NCBI RefSeq assembly: GCF_006345805.1
Contig: NC_043007.1
Location: 66,092,001 to 66,156,000, forward strand
From: Octopus sinensis
Taxonomy: Eukaryota
DNA length: 64,000 nucleotides
Direction: 5' to 3'
In this document: positions 37,830 to 50,698 of the stretch, one piece after another
How positions within the stretch are numbered: position 1 is the first letter of the stretch
Layout: each line of letters opens with the position of its first letter
Notes under the pieces: model-generated
Databases searched by the model: none
Seen by the model: the letters and a program-made list of their open reading frames with translations, nothing else
What the model was told of the DNA's origin: nothing
Translations under genes and position numbers: made by a program

Positions 37830-38133
37830 GCCCGCTAGAGATACAGCTCGATTCCTATGGAGATAGTTACTACTTTCATTTCTTACAGAGATTTTCCGAC
37901 TAGTCCTTCACAGCTTAAGGAAAAACGGGAATGGGACGGTCATAGTTGGAACGCTGCCCGCTAAAGATAGCAGTATTTCGTTCCAGCTCGATTCTTATGG
38001 AGCAGCCATATTGATGTGGCGATGAATATTACTTCTCAAGATAGTTACCACTTTCATTTCTTACAGAGATTTTCCGACTAGTCCTACACAGCTTAAGGAA
38101 AAACTGGAATGGGACGGTCATGGTTGGAACGCT
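37830..38133. repeat. Local tandem duplication (126-bp and 178-bp copies)
   Basis: GCCCGCTA.AGATA...CAGCTCGATT...GGGACGGTCAT.GTTGGAACGCT occurs twice, at 37830-37955 and 37956-38133. Confidence 0.85.
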
Positions 38134-38498
38134 TTGATCATAGATAAACAAGGCTAACATCAAGCTAAGCCTCAACACCCACACTACGACCACGACCACA
38201 GCCTTACCTAGTCCCTCCCTCTGTTAAACTTCCCACCATCATTACGTCAATCATCACCTCTACATCCCTATTACCACCACCAATATCGCTTCTTTGACCG
38301 GCCTCAACACCAAACCTGCTGTTTGTCCCTCCTAATCCTTTTGCCCACAACCGGTTTATTATTTTAGTGAGTGTATGTGTGCGTGCGTGGGCACGCGCGC
38401 GTGTGTGTATTAATGTTGTTATTGTTGATGTTGTTGGTGTTTCTACCCGCATATCGTATGGCGGGTTAAGTATATTTATTGATATAACTGAAAGGAAG

Positions 38499-38583
<85 letters not shown>

Positions 38584-41269
38584 GTGTATTGTCGGTGATG
38601 GTAGGGTGACGACTGAGTGTCTCGGCGCGGCGGGACTGAACGTGTATGTGTGGGTGTGAATGAAGTTGTATGTGTGTGTGAAAGTGAGGGGGCTGAGAGA
38701 CAACGGAGAGGGAAGAATGGGAGGAAAAGAGAGAGTAGCTTCAATAGTTGAATGACGTAATTCAAATCACACTACCCTTAAAAAATTCAATAAAAGGAAA
38801 GACATTCTGGATAATGTAGTCTTAGATACATTATGCCCGAAGAAATGTTGAGACGTCCGTGCTCTAAAGTTTTTGAGTGTAAATGTGCTCGATGAGCGCT
38901 AAACTGGAAACAAACAACAACAAAAATAACAACAACAATAGGTGTGATTTGGACTGAGGACACAAAGGAACGATAGGAAATTCTCTAAAGTAATTATTTT
39001 TTAAGCCCCCCCCCCACCAGTGGGTTGAAATTTAAGAGCTTTATGATTAAAATAGTGTCAAACATGACCATCCTATATATTATGCAACTGGGACTGCATT
39101 AAGCTATGAATCTTGATTATGTATAATAGAAATTTGATAAACGTGAACTTTATAGTCAAACATTCATAAAGGTATATATATATATATATATATTCAACTA
39201 CTATTTCCAGCGGATCAAATGACAATGTAGAGACATACTCTTCCCTCCCTTCCCTCTCTTCCTCCTTTTCTTCCTCGTCGTTGTCGTTGCTGTCTTCTTC
39301 TTCTTCTTCTTCTTCTTCTTCTTCTTCTTCTTCTTCTTCTTCTTCTTCTTCTTCTTCTTCTTCTTCTTCTTCTTCTTCTACTCGGGACTCACGCCATTAG
39401 CCACAAAAAATAATCACTAATTCGAGCCTACTCTAAGCTACTAAGAACTTGAAGATCCACCCACCACACGCGATAGACTGGCGGTTGCACGGGCACGACA
39501 GCTACGTTATTATCCTCATTCTGTAAATAGTAGCTTTTTAATGGGTCGAGAGCTGAACCATCCTGGAGTACAGAGGATTCGCAATCTAGATTAGCGTCTG
39601 AAAGTTTACCACACCATGGTTCCTCTGCTTTGTAGCAGAAGTAGGAAGAAAGAGTGAGAGAAAGTTGTGGTGAAAGAGTACAGCGGGGTTCACTCCCCCC
39701 ACCCCCTCCGGAGCCTCGTGGAGCTTAGGTGTTTTTGCTCAATAAACACTCACAATGTCCGGTCTGGGAATCGAATCCGCGTTCTTATGGTAAAATAAAT
39801 ACCAGTTGAGAATTGGGGTGGGGGGGGTCGATGTAATCGACTGGCCACCTCCATCTCCTCAAATTTCAGGCCTAGTACCTTTAGCAGAAAGGATTTATTT
39901 TCGCTTCTTTACGTTCTCCGGCCAAATCCCGATGATGACATCTTTCCAGAATCAAACTGTAATTAGTTGGCCAATCCTCCATGTTTCACACCTAATTTAA
40001 GCCTATATAAGAAATTAGAATTATTATTGTTTGGATCCATATTAAATTTGACCAAAGATATATCATCTGTGTCCATCTCTGTTCTCTTTGGACACGATCT
40101 GTCTAGAACTACATTATCCTAAATTTGCTTCCCATTTTAAAGAGTAGAATGCAATGTGATCGAAAATTGGCTGCTAACCACGGGGATACTTATTGCTGAT
40201 GTTGTTCATGTTGTTACTGTAGATAATGTTATTGAGTATTAAATTTTGATAAATTTATGCAATATTTTAAAGCTTTTTTTCCCAGACACAATAATGCAAG
40301 CCAATGTTTATTCACTTTCCACGTTATAGAATCCATATATATATATAAAAAGTCTACCATGTTTAAATAGCACCCTCCCAAGAAAGCAGTACTTTCAGTT
40401 GACCTACATTCATTCAATAGTTTTGTTCTGGCAAGAAATGATTTCCTAGATATATATGTGTCTGTGTGTCACACATCTCCCTAAATTATTGATAATGTAA
40501 AGACATACCTTTGTGGTTCTTAATTACGATCATTAGATTTTGGTGTTCTTTAGCCTCTACTCAGGTTCAGATTTTTATTCCTTGAAAATATAATCCAATT
40601 TCTTACGGAAATATTATTGCTGCTTCGGTGACTGATTTATTACCTTTCGCCCTATCATATTCGACAATGACATAGAGCAGATTTTCATGTGAATTTGAAA
40701 GATAATAATCAGCTTCTTAAGCTACCTTTACTACTCCTATAAGCTTCTGTCTGCTCTCCTTTCTCGGAATATACACTCACCAAATGCCTGTTTTATTGTG
40801 CAGCATGTGATACTTTTTAATAGCTTCCTTGTGTAGCTATATATTGTGTTTGATTCTGTCACGTCCAAGTCCAATAACTTACAGCAATTTATAGCTGTTT
40901 CAGCAAACGCAAGAAATATCATTACTGTTCAAGTACAATTTGAGCATTGGCAAAACGTCCATTCAATACAGTTAATCTTAATTGCTATCTTTACACTCTT
41001 TTATACACCATATTTCGCCCCTATCCATGTCTAAATATGTCTACGATTCAGGTCTATCGAGCTCTTGTAAATTATCCGCATAATTTATTACCGAAACGTC
41101 ATTTTACTAAGAATACGTTTTGACTTCTTTTTTTTTTTTTAAGTTACATGAAAAAAGCTACGAACTCTCTGGTGCCTGGATTTTCACATTATGCATGAAG
41201 AGTAGTAATTGAGTAAAAAAAAAAGCTTGCTTGTCTGAATAATACCTTAAACTGAACCAGTAAACTACG

Positions 41270-41480
41270 TAAACCAAGAGACGAATTAATCTTTTCTGTT
41301 ATAGGCACAAAACCTGAAATTTCAGATTTGAGAAGTGGAATAAAATTGGTTACATCGACCCCAGTGCTCAAGACAATGAAAGACAATGTCGGCGGAATTT
41401 GAACTCAACGGGGAGATGAACGAAATGCCACTAAGTATCTTTTTTTTGTGTGTGTGTGTGCTAAAGATTCCGCCAGCTTC
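41270..41480 (-). mobile_element. SINE family A copy (degenerate)
   Basis: AGGCACAAAACCTGAAATTT...CATCGACCCCAGTGCTCAA...GGAATTTGAACTC...GATTCCGCCAGCT on the plus strand. Confidence 0.7.
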
Positions 41481-41518
41481 CCACCTTCGAGAGATGAATT
41501 AATATATGGTCATAATAA

Positions 41519-41915
41519 GGCAGCGAGCTAGAAGAAACGTTAGCACGCCGGGCGAAATGCTTACCGGTACTTCGTCTGCCGCTGCGTTCTGAGTTCAAAT
41601 TCCGCCGAGGTCGACTTTACCTTTTATCCTTTCAGGGTCGATTAAATAAGTACCTGTTACGCACTGAGGTCGATATAATCGATTTAATCCGTTTGTCTGT
41701 CCTTGTTTGTCCTCTCTGTGTTTAGCTCCTTGTGGGCAATAACGAAACAGGTATTTCGTCTGCCTTTACGCTCTGAGTTCAAATTTCGCCAAGGTCGACT
41801 TTACCTTTCATCCTTTCGGGGTCGATAAATTAAGTACCAGTTGCGTACTGGGGTCAATCTAATCGACTGGCCCCCTCCCCAAAAATTTCAGGCCTTGTGC
41901 CTAGAGTAGAAAAGA
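41519..41915 (+). mobile_element. SINE family A internal dimer
   Basis: Head, body, tail 1, body, tail 2. Body restarts at 41567 and 41751. Same architecture as 17513-17888. Confidence 0.9.
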
Positions 41916-42519
41916 ATAAATGAATACATGGCCATACTTCTACTCTCGATCTCTACGGTTTCTGCTGTTTTATTTATTTATTTATTTTTTTACTGCATTG
42001 AATTTTTTTAGCTCTCCTGAAGATGGTGATTTGGTCTAATAATTAGAATGTCATATGGCGTATCGGTTGTGCTTTGCGGTATTTCTTCCAGTTCTCTACT
42101 TTCCGAGTTTAAATCCAGGCTCGATAAAATAAAGCGCTTGTCAAGTGCTGCAGTCGATGACATCGGCTAAAACCTTTCCCTTCAACGTTGCTTCAACACT
42201 TGATTTTATAGCCCGTCTGATAAAAAAAAAATCCCTCGTATTCTTACCTTAAACAATAACAGAAAACTCTTACTTGGTGATTCGACTTGTACTACAAGTG
42301 AGGAATTTCAACAGGCTCATAATTATATTTTATTAAAAGCTTACTGTAATCAGCCTCTTCCTGGACAACTACAGTTTAACTAACGCGGCACGTATGTCAA
42401 AGTTATTCCGTAAAGTAGTAACCTTTAAATCGCTATTCAAAACACACATCCACCTCCACACACGCGCACGCGCTGTCACTAATTGTATCGTCACCATTGC
42501 CGATAAAACACTCCAGATA

Positions 42520-42878
42520 AGGTGTTGTCATGTCAACCATTTTTTTTTTTACCTAAGGATCCCTTTGATTAGTATTTCATTCTGGTGGACCCCCATAGCC
42601 ATTTTACGTTTAACTAGTAGTTTTATAGAAACTTCTTTCAAAATTCCTGTTTTGTTTTTCACACATTAACTTGTGTAGTTTGAAGTATATAAAATGCTAG
42701 AGAAAAAACCTAGCTGTTTCTTGCAATACAAAGCAATACATACATCTAAAGCAAATTTTTTCAGAAGCCCTTATTAACATGCTATTGTGGATCCCCAGTT
42801 TACTATTTTGCTGCATTGACCCCTAAGAAGCTTATATGAACCATTAGAGGCCATATCGACCCCGGTTTAGAACCACTG
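42520..42878. mobile_element. Possible hAT/Charlie-like MITE relic
   Basis: The right end GGTTTAGAACCACTG (reverse complement CAGTGGTTCTAAACC) resembles hAT termini. The left end is degenerate. Confidence 0.3.
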
Positions 42879-43090
42879 CACCAGATGTTGGCTTCTGATC
42901 AAAAGCACTATCACCACACCACACCACACCACTACCAATACTACTAAGAAGAACAATAACAATCACAAAAATAACTGTCAATAACCTTTACATAGTCCCT
43001 TGACCTGTTAGAAGTAGTAGTCAAACCGCCTTGAAACCATACCCTACTATATTATAAAAAAAGAGACATTAGGAAACGTAGTGGTCTGAA

Positions 43091-43157
<67 letters not shown>

Positions 43158-43869
43158 GCTCTCTCTCTCACTCACCGTAGGGAACGATCACATCTGAATT
43201 TTTTTTCATGATAAGTCTGCTTGACTTGAGCAAACCGGAAGTTGAACAACAGCTTCTACAGTTTCTGGGAGCCAATGAAGGGGCCTTAGTGTGGTTATTC
43301 ACCGTGCCAAATATAACAACCAAATCTCTTTTAATTCCTTACACACCACCGTCTTTGAAAAGACATGAAAAACTTTGAGCTGACTGTAAACAGGAAAATG
43401 AAAACGGGTAACCACAGGTGGAATATCGTTGATAGTGAGTTTCTCGATCAGCACCGGTCTGAAGCCAAACATATCGACAATGAAAATGACAGCGAACAAT
43501 CGGTGCATATTCTGCAAGGTCGCTTAGCCTGTTAGAAATAGCCACCAAATCCATCTCAATTCACATTCTTACGATCCTTTTTTCTGTCTTCAGAAAGACA
43601 CACTGAATGATATAGTTCTAAATATATCGTGCCTCAATAATATGTTGGAATAGAGCTAATAGAGGGAGTTAGCTTTGACCATAAGCCTGCCCGACCAGGG
43701 ATGACCAGGTCTGAACAACATCATAGATAATTGCAGCAACAATAATCACAGCAATGTCAAATTTCCTCTTTACCCCGAACATAACGCCCGTTGCAACTAC
43801 CAATAAATAAATATGAAGTCAGCGAAAAATTCCTCAGGTGCTAACTCGATCTGCGCGAAATAATAATTT

Positions 43870-44075
43870 CTAATTTTGGCACAAGGCCAGCAAGTTCGAG
43901 GAAGGGATGATAAGCCGATTATATAGCCCCAGTGCTCGACTGGCACTTATTTTATCGATCATGAATGGGTGAAAGGCAAAGTCGACTCCAGCAACATTTG
44001 AACTCAGAACGTAAAGACGGACGAAATGGCGCCGGGTGTTTTGCTCGGCGTGCTAACAATTCTGCCAGTTCAAAT
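43870..44075 (-). mobile_element. SINE family A copy
   Basis: TTTTGGCACAAGGCCAGC...CCCAGTGCTCGACTGGCACTTATTTTATCGA...GAAAGGCAAAGTCGAC...TTTGAACTCAGAACG on the plus strand. Confidence 0.85.
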
Positions 44076-44445
44076 AATTAAGACCCGTTCAATGTCTTTT
44101 AAATTAAAAGCCAACCACTTCGCCGCCAACAGTAATATCCCCCACACTACCATCGGTACCACCACTAACCCTACCACCAACATCAACAACACCATCATCC
44201 CAACCATCATCACCATCACAACCAACAATACCACCACCACCATCACCATTACCTTGAAGAATTTTTAGTCGAATATATCAACCCCAGTACTTACATTTTT
44301 AAAAGGCTGGCACTTATTCTATTGGCCTTTTTTGCTGAACCGCAATGTTACAATGACGTAGACACGCTAGTACCGATTGATGATGGGGGAACAAACACAG
44401 ACACAAGCACACGCAAGGGTGCACATACACACACACATACATACA

Positions 44446-44572
<127 letters not shown>

Positions 44573-44586
44573 TACGTATACGATTA

Positions 44587-44745
44587 GCTTCTTTCAGTTT
44601 CCGCCTACCAAATCTACTTACAAGGTTTTTGTAGGCCCAAGGCTATAGTAGAAGACGCTTACCCAAGGTATCACTCAGTGTGACTGAACCCCGAACCATG
44701 TGGTTGGTAAGCAAGCTACTTACCACACAGCCACGCTTGCGCTTG
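44587..44745 (-). mobile_element. SINE family B copy
   Basis: Homologous to 7445-7617. Confidence 0.8.
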
Positions 44746-45175
44746 TTATTTATTTTATTGATGTCTGGTATTAATTTGCCAAACCGCTAAGTTATGGTGA
44801 TGTAACCAAACTAACACCAGTTGTCAAATGGTGAGTCGTTTTTGGTTTATTCTTGGTTTGGCAAAAAGCGATGGATTAAGTACAAAATACATACTGGGGT
44901 CGATTTGCTCAGCTAACCCCATAGAATGGTGCTCCAACCTTGCCCAGTTCAACGACTGAAATATGTAAAAGAGGAGAAAACCATACAATTACACACAAAT
45001 GTGACAAAAATTTTTTAAAAACTTGTTCGTTTGCATGCTATTTAGCCTGTCTTCAGTAATTCATGCGGGACAACTTGTCACCTCTTACAGAACAGCTAGT
45101 GACCTCTGGCGGAATCTTAGGGTACCGGGAACACCGATTGGCAGACGCTCATCTTGGAACATCATTATGAAAACA

Positions 45176-45320
45176 TAGGTGTGGGCATGATTGTATAATC
45201 AAGAAGCGTGCTTTGTAGTCACATGGTTTTGTGTTCAATTCCACTGCACGGTGCTTTGAGCAAGTGACTTCTATTATAGCCCCGAGCCAATCAATGCCTT
45301 GTGAGTAAATTTGGCGAACA
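45176..45320 (+). mobile_element. SINE family B copy (degenerate)
   Basis: CACATGGTTTTGTGTTCAATTCCACTGCACGGTGCTTTGAGCAAGTGACTTCTATTATAGCC. Confidence 0.7.
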
Positions 45321-45433
45321 AAAAATAAGTGGAAACATGTCGTGTGTCTGTCTGTTCAAAATGTGACCGCGTGTGTACCGTTGGCGATTTCTTTTCCTCT
45401 GTCTTCGCTTCTCTGGATCTTTCCTTCTCCTAT

Positions 45434-45468
45434 GTTTCCGACGAAGAGCTCCGCTCGAAACGTTAAGC
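45434..45468 (+). ncRNA. Minimal hammerhead-ribozyme-like motif (variant core)
   Basis: GTTT-CCGACGA-A-GAGC-TCC-GCTC-GAAA-C-GTT-AAGC. Same stem II as the 28990 motif, 4-bp stem I, U4 replaced by C. Confidence 0.45.
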
Positions 45469-45981
45469 CCTCCTTCTTTCCTTCTTTCCTGAGCGTCCAA
45501 TAATACTATATTTGTTCCACGTCCTCGCGTTGTTGTGTTTTTTTGTGCTTTCATGTTTGGATTAACTTTATATGTATGTATATATGTATGTATGTATGTG
45601 TATGTATGTATGTATTATGTATGTATGTATGTATGTATGTATGTATGTATGTTTGTATGTATGTATATATTCCTGCCCAATGGCTTAAACCTATGGTCGT
45701 ATTAAAACCGAATAGAACAGTTTATTTAACGAGGTACCTCTTGTGAAATCATCTGACGAGACACTTCTGTACCAAAGGATGGGATGCACCACAATGAGTT
45801 ATACGGTATCCCAGCCGCGAGAGATCAAAGCAGGAGAGATCGAAACGGTCGTTGTTACAAATAAAGTTTCTCGTATATTTCGTTTTCCATATCTATCATG
45901 TGTTTATTAAAACTCGTGAAGGCTTTTCCCCAGCATGAGCGCAACCCAATGACCGAAAGAAGTAAAAAAAAACAAAATAAT

Positions 45982-46347
45982 AAACAGGAGCACTTAGAGA
46001 GCGCAAACCCCCGCCAAAGTAACACCAACGTCCCTCAACAATTAGCCAGAGATGATTTTTAAAAAGAGAATATCTGAAATAAACTCGACTGCTCTCACAA
46101 ATGAGAATACTAAAAATGAACCCGACCTCTCTCAAAATTAAGTAAAAAAAAGCAGGAAAAATAATTCATAATCCTTGTCCGGTACGGGATTGATTTCAAA
46201 ATCTAATCAGTTCGTGCCATTTACGAGGCCAAACATCTCTAAAAATTTCATCCGAATCCATCCAGCGATTCTTGAGATATCTTGTCCTCGGTCAATCAAA
46301 CACGACTGAAAACAATACATCCGCCTTTGCTAAGGCGGAGGTAATAC
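45982..46347 (-). mobile_element. Helentron/DINE-1-like non-autonomous rolling-circle element
   Basis: Subterminal inverted repeats ACCCCCGCC (46007-46015) and GGCGGAGGT (46334-46342). 14-bp hairpin 46314-46345 at one end and a short GCACT/AGCGC stem-loop (45990-46004) at the other. Confidence 0.5.
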
Positions 46348-46608
46348 AATAATATGATGGAATGCTTACGATTGAGGTGTGTTTAACCACGGGTATGCTT
46401 GATTAGGAGTCACTTGGAGTTAAACAACAGCAACAACAACAATGACATCATAACCAATATGAACACCACTGTCACCAACATCATCACTAATGACATGACT
46501 AATGATAGTGAGACTTCTGTCGGCCCTTCGGTTAATCGATGAACTGAACAACGTCTTTCTCCAATTAACGCGTAAGTGGTTGAGTATTCAGCAGACGGTG
46601 TTAATTAA

Positions 46609-46834
46609 AGGCGCGTGGCTTAGTGGTTAGGGTGTTGCAATCATGATCGTAAGATTGTAGTCGCGATTCCTGAACAAGGCGATATGTTGTGTTCTGGAGC
46701 AAAACCCTTCATTTCACATCGCTCCAGTCCACTCAGCTGGGCAAAAATGAGTAACCCTGCAACAGATTGGAGTCACATCGAGGGGCTGGGGAATATATAC
46801 GTCACAGAATCCGGGAAACTGGCCTTATGAGTCT
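46609..46834 (+). mobile_element. tRNA-derived SINE family C
   Basis: GGCGCGTGGCTTAGTGGTTAGGGTGTTG (A box), GTCGCGATTCCT (B-box-like), TTCATTTCACATCGCTCCAGTCCACTCAGCTG. Confidence 0.7.
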
Positions 46835-46959
46835 ATAGCTCGAAAAGCTCCTTTGACCCTTTTTCATTCAACTGACATATTTTATATTTTACTTGTTTGT
46901 TATTTGATTGCTTCCATGCTAGGGCAATAATTCGAAAGGTTTGGTCGAACGAATCCATT

Positions 46960-47199
46960 CCAGTACCACCACCACAACCACCACGACCACTGCCACCATT
47001 GCCACCATCACTACCACCACTACCACTACATCCACCACGACCACCGCCGCCATTACCACCACAATTACCATCACCATTACTATCATTGCCACTAACACTC
47101 TTCAACGACTACCTCAGCCACCACTACTACTGACAACTACAATTGCAATACTCACCACAGTAAGTATTAGCAAAATTGCTACCGTTGCTGCTGCTGCTG

Positions 47200-47253
<54 letters not shown>

Positions 47254-47375
47254 TAACTACTACTGCTACTACTATAACTACTACTACTATAACTACTACT
47301 GCTGCTGCTACTACTACTACTACTACTACTACTATAACTACTATTGCTACAACTATAACTACTACTACTACTATA

Positions 47376-47416
<41 letters not shown>

Positions 47417-48000
47417 AGACACATATATCATCACCTTCACTGTTAGCCTTATCATCATCAATATCTCACGAGTGTTACCAATTCTAAAGCTACTGTCACT
47501 ATTATATCCATTCCATTTGTATCTCCGCTAATAACACAACTTCACCGTCGGCACCACCGACGCCACCACCACCACCACCACTACCACTAAGGAGAGAAAT
47601 CACCCCCACTAACTCCCAGTGTTTCCACCGCTATCGTTATCTTCATCAATAACATTACCATCATCATTCCTATCACCAATGTCACCGCATAAACTACCAC
47701 CACCACCACCACCACCACCGTTGTTATTACTACTAAAGATACTACAACAACTACTCTTTTCTACTACTACTTTAACCATCACCAAAAACACCACCACCGT
47801 TTCCGATCCTGCCACCAATACAATCATCAGCAATACTATCATAATCGCGTTCGTTAGCGCCAATCTTTTCACAATCACCATCATCTTTACTGGATACATC
47901 ACTTCAACCACCGCCGCCACCATCATCGCAGCAGATTTCTCCACTACCACTTCAGCCACCATTACCACTACCTCCGCCGCCGCCGCCGTTGCTGCCATCG
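46960..48000. repeat. (ACC)n/(ACT)n low-complexity region
   Basis: Direct reading; source of the poly-T, poly-V and poly-P ORFs. Confidence 0.9.
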
Positions 48001-48164
48001 CGACCCAGAACGTCTTACAGAGCGGAGGGCTTCTTTAAAATGTCTCAACAATAATAGAGTCACATCTGCTGATATCTCTCGCCGCTTTCCGCATAAATGG
48101 ATTGGAATTAACATGGCGATAATAAAAAAAAAGGGGAGAGAAAAAGGAAAAGAAAAATGTCAGA

Positions 48165-48217
<53 letters not shown>

Positions 48218-48930
48218 AAAAAAATGTGGAAGAAAGAGGAAAACAGTCGACAGATGTAGCGGCATATGCGAAAGAAGGAGGAGCTTTGAAAAATCTATGG
48301 GATTAGACATGACCCCTCACTGAACAAGAAGTGGTGGGGAAAGAGGAGGAGAATGGAAGAGCGGAAAGAAATATAGAAGACTAGAAAAAGAATACAGTGG
48401 CAACATTTTCAACCGTTGCGTACTTTTTAATGGTGAAAGAAGAAAAAAAAAAGAAGGAAGGAAAGAAAGAAAGAAAGAAAGAAAGAAAAAAAGCAAAATG
48501 TCGGAGTGGTTGAAGTATGTAGTGCTATTTGAAGGAGTAAACACAAGGAGTTATAGAGGAAGAAAGAAAACAGAAGCAAACAATGCCGAATGACGTATAG
48601 ATGAATTTTAACGGAGACAGACGTACAATGAAAGAAAGACAGATAGAAAAAAAATGGAGAGAATGAAAGAGAGAGGGGGAAAAGAGGGGAGTGTAGGTAA
48701 GACAGGAAATCAGAATGAGATTCATGAGAAAAAAAAAGAACTAAATTAGATATGTTTATAGAGTAAATGAAGATACGCACATTGTCAAACAGGCAGTCAT
48801 AAAGATCATATGTGTGTATGTATGTATGTATGTATGTATGTATGTATGTATGTATGTATGTATAGATGGATGGATAGATGGATGGATGGATAGATAGATA
48901 CATACATACATACATACATACATACATACA

Positions 48931-48966
<36 letters not shown>

Positions 48967-49084
48967 TATACACAGGCAGAAAGAGAATGAGAACGAAAGT
49001 GAAAGTAACCTTAGCTATATTGAAACGTAGCTAGCCAGAAAATCATATGTACGACGAGTGTGACTGTGAGTATTTTGTATGTGT

Positions 49085-49117
<33 letters not shown>

Positions 49118-49163
49118 CGCGCTCACACACGCACACATACATGCATATACATACATACATACA

Positions 49164-49235
<72 letters not shown>

Positions 49236-49621
49236 GAGAGGTGGGGAGGGGTTGATGCTCAGGGTTAAAATAAACTAGCTAACAATAATTAAAATAAAGA
49301 AAACGGGAATCAAATAATAGCGGTAAAAAGATAGATGAAATAAAACATAAAACAAAAAGTACAGGTGAAACACAGAAAAAAATACGCATAGGCATACACA
49401 CACACATAGTCATAGATACACACACGTATACATGCACACATATATACAGAAAAAGAAGTGCTTATAAAAAAATGAATAGAACAGAATAAACAGCAGCGCT
49501 TTCTGCTTTCTTTGCGATGAACTCCACCTTTTCAATCTCCTTTACTGAAGAGCTTCACATGACATCCATTTTGATACCTTACCTCCGTCTATCCTGGTCC
49601 TGTTTTGTTCCTTTTCTCTAG

Positions 49622-49639
49622 AACAGAATTCAAGTAAAG
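49622..49639 (+). CDS. Candidate 18-nt microexon (NRIQVK in phase 0)
   Basis: CCTGTTTTGTTCCTTTTCTCTAG|AACAGAATTCAAGTAAAG|GTAAGG: strong polypyrimidine tract, AG acceptor and consensus donor. No homology evidence. Confidence 0.25.
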
Positions 49640-50416
49640 GTAAGGAAGCGGGAGTTACAAAGTGTTGGATGGTATATTGTGTTATAGGAAAAGAAAAAAA
49701 AATCACAATAAAAGGAAGAGAGATTATGAATATGAAGGGAAAAAAGAGGTTCATTTTGAAAGTTGAGCTTCGAAGTAGAATACTGTAAAGACGAAAAAAA
49801 AAGGAAAAAAAAAGAAAAGAAAAAGCGAAAATAATACTGAGAAAACAATGGGGTTTAGGGATGGGGTGGGGAAGAAATCAAAAGAATTGAATAGCAACAA
49901 ACAACTGCAATAGCTAAAAACAACAAAAATAATAAGACTAATTATAAAACAAACAGCATATCGCAAAAACAAAAAAAAAACAACAAAATAATAATAATAA
50001 TATGGAGGTTACTATACATACACACATACTCGCACACATACATACGCACACGAAATTGCTGGCTGGAAAGGGAGAGAGACGACATTACATTAATGGGTAG
50101 ATTCAAGTTACTGACATTTAAAGCCAATTAAAATAATTATAAAGAAAGAAAGGCGGCCGACCAATGAGAAGAAGACGCGGAAAGGGAAGGGTTAAGGGAA
50201 GTGGAGAGAAACAGGGAGGGAGCAGAAGGATGAAGGGAGCAGGAGAAGGGGTCGAAGAAAATGAGAAAATTAATAAGGAAAAGACGCTAGCACGTGTGCA
50301 TGTATGTACCTCTATCTGAATGCATGTTTTCATTTCTTAAGCGTCTTAAATATTATTACTATTATTATTACAATAGAGAAATAATATTATTATTATTGTT
50401 ATTATTATTATTATTA

Positions 50417-50469
<53 letters not shown>

Positions 50470-50565
50470 GTCGTCGTCGTCGTCGTTATTGTTGTTGTTA
50501 TTATTGTGTTTTATCTTTTATATGATATTTTATTTTAAATACTACGGCTGGGTCTTCATTATTAG

Positions 50566-50698
50566 AGCCGACACAATGATGAACACCGTAGGGTAGAACT
50601 AAGCTCCTGGCGAGCCGACACCGAGAAAACACTGTCTATCCCCGTCCCTCGGTTGAAGCCAATTCACTTCCCTCGTGTTGTTAATACCCTTCAGAATG
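50566..50698 (+). CDS. Candidate 133-nt internal exon, product unknown
   Basis: TCTTCATTATTAG|AGC...CAGAATG|GTATGA. The only open frame reads SRHNDEHRRVELSSWRADTEKTLSIPVPRLKPIHFPRVVNTLQN. GC is raised against AT-rich flanks. Protein not recognised. Confidence 0.25.

Noticed and set aside
45750-45860. CTGACGAG and GAAACGGTC as a fifth hammerhead
   Set aside because: The boxes are too far apart or mismatched and no convincing stem I or II forms. It may be a decayed Penelope-type end but cannot be supported.
46609-46690. tRNA gene
   Set aside because: This is a tRNA-like SINE head: no intact cloverleaf, and it continues into the SINE body. The same applies to 7545-7617 and 8150-8228.
47970-48116. 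Minus-strand GCCATG-initiated short ORF MLIPIHLCGKRREISADV...
   Set aside because: Under 50 aa, ends in low-complexity sequence, with no homology or downstream exon support.
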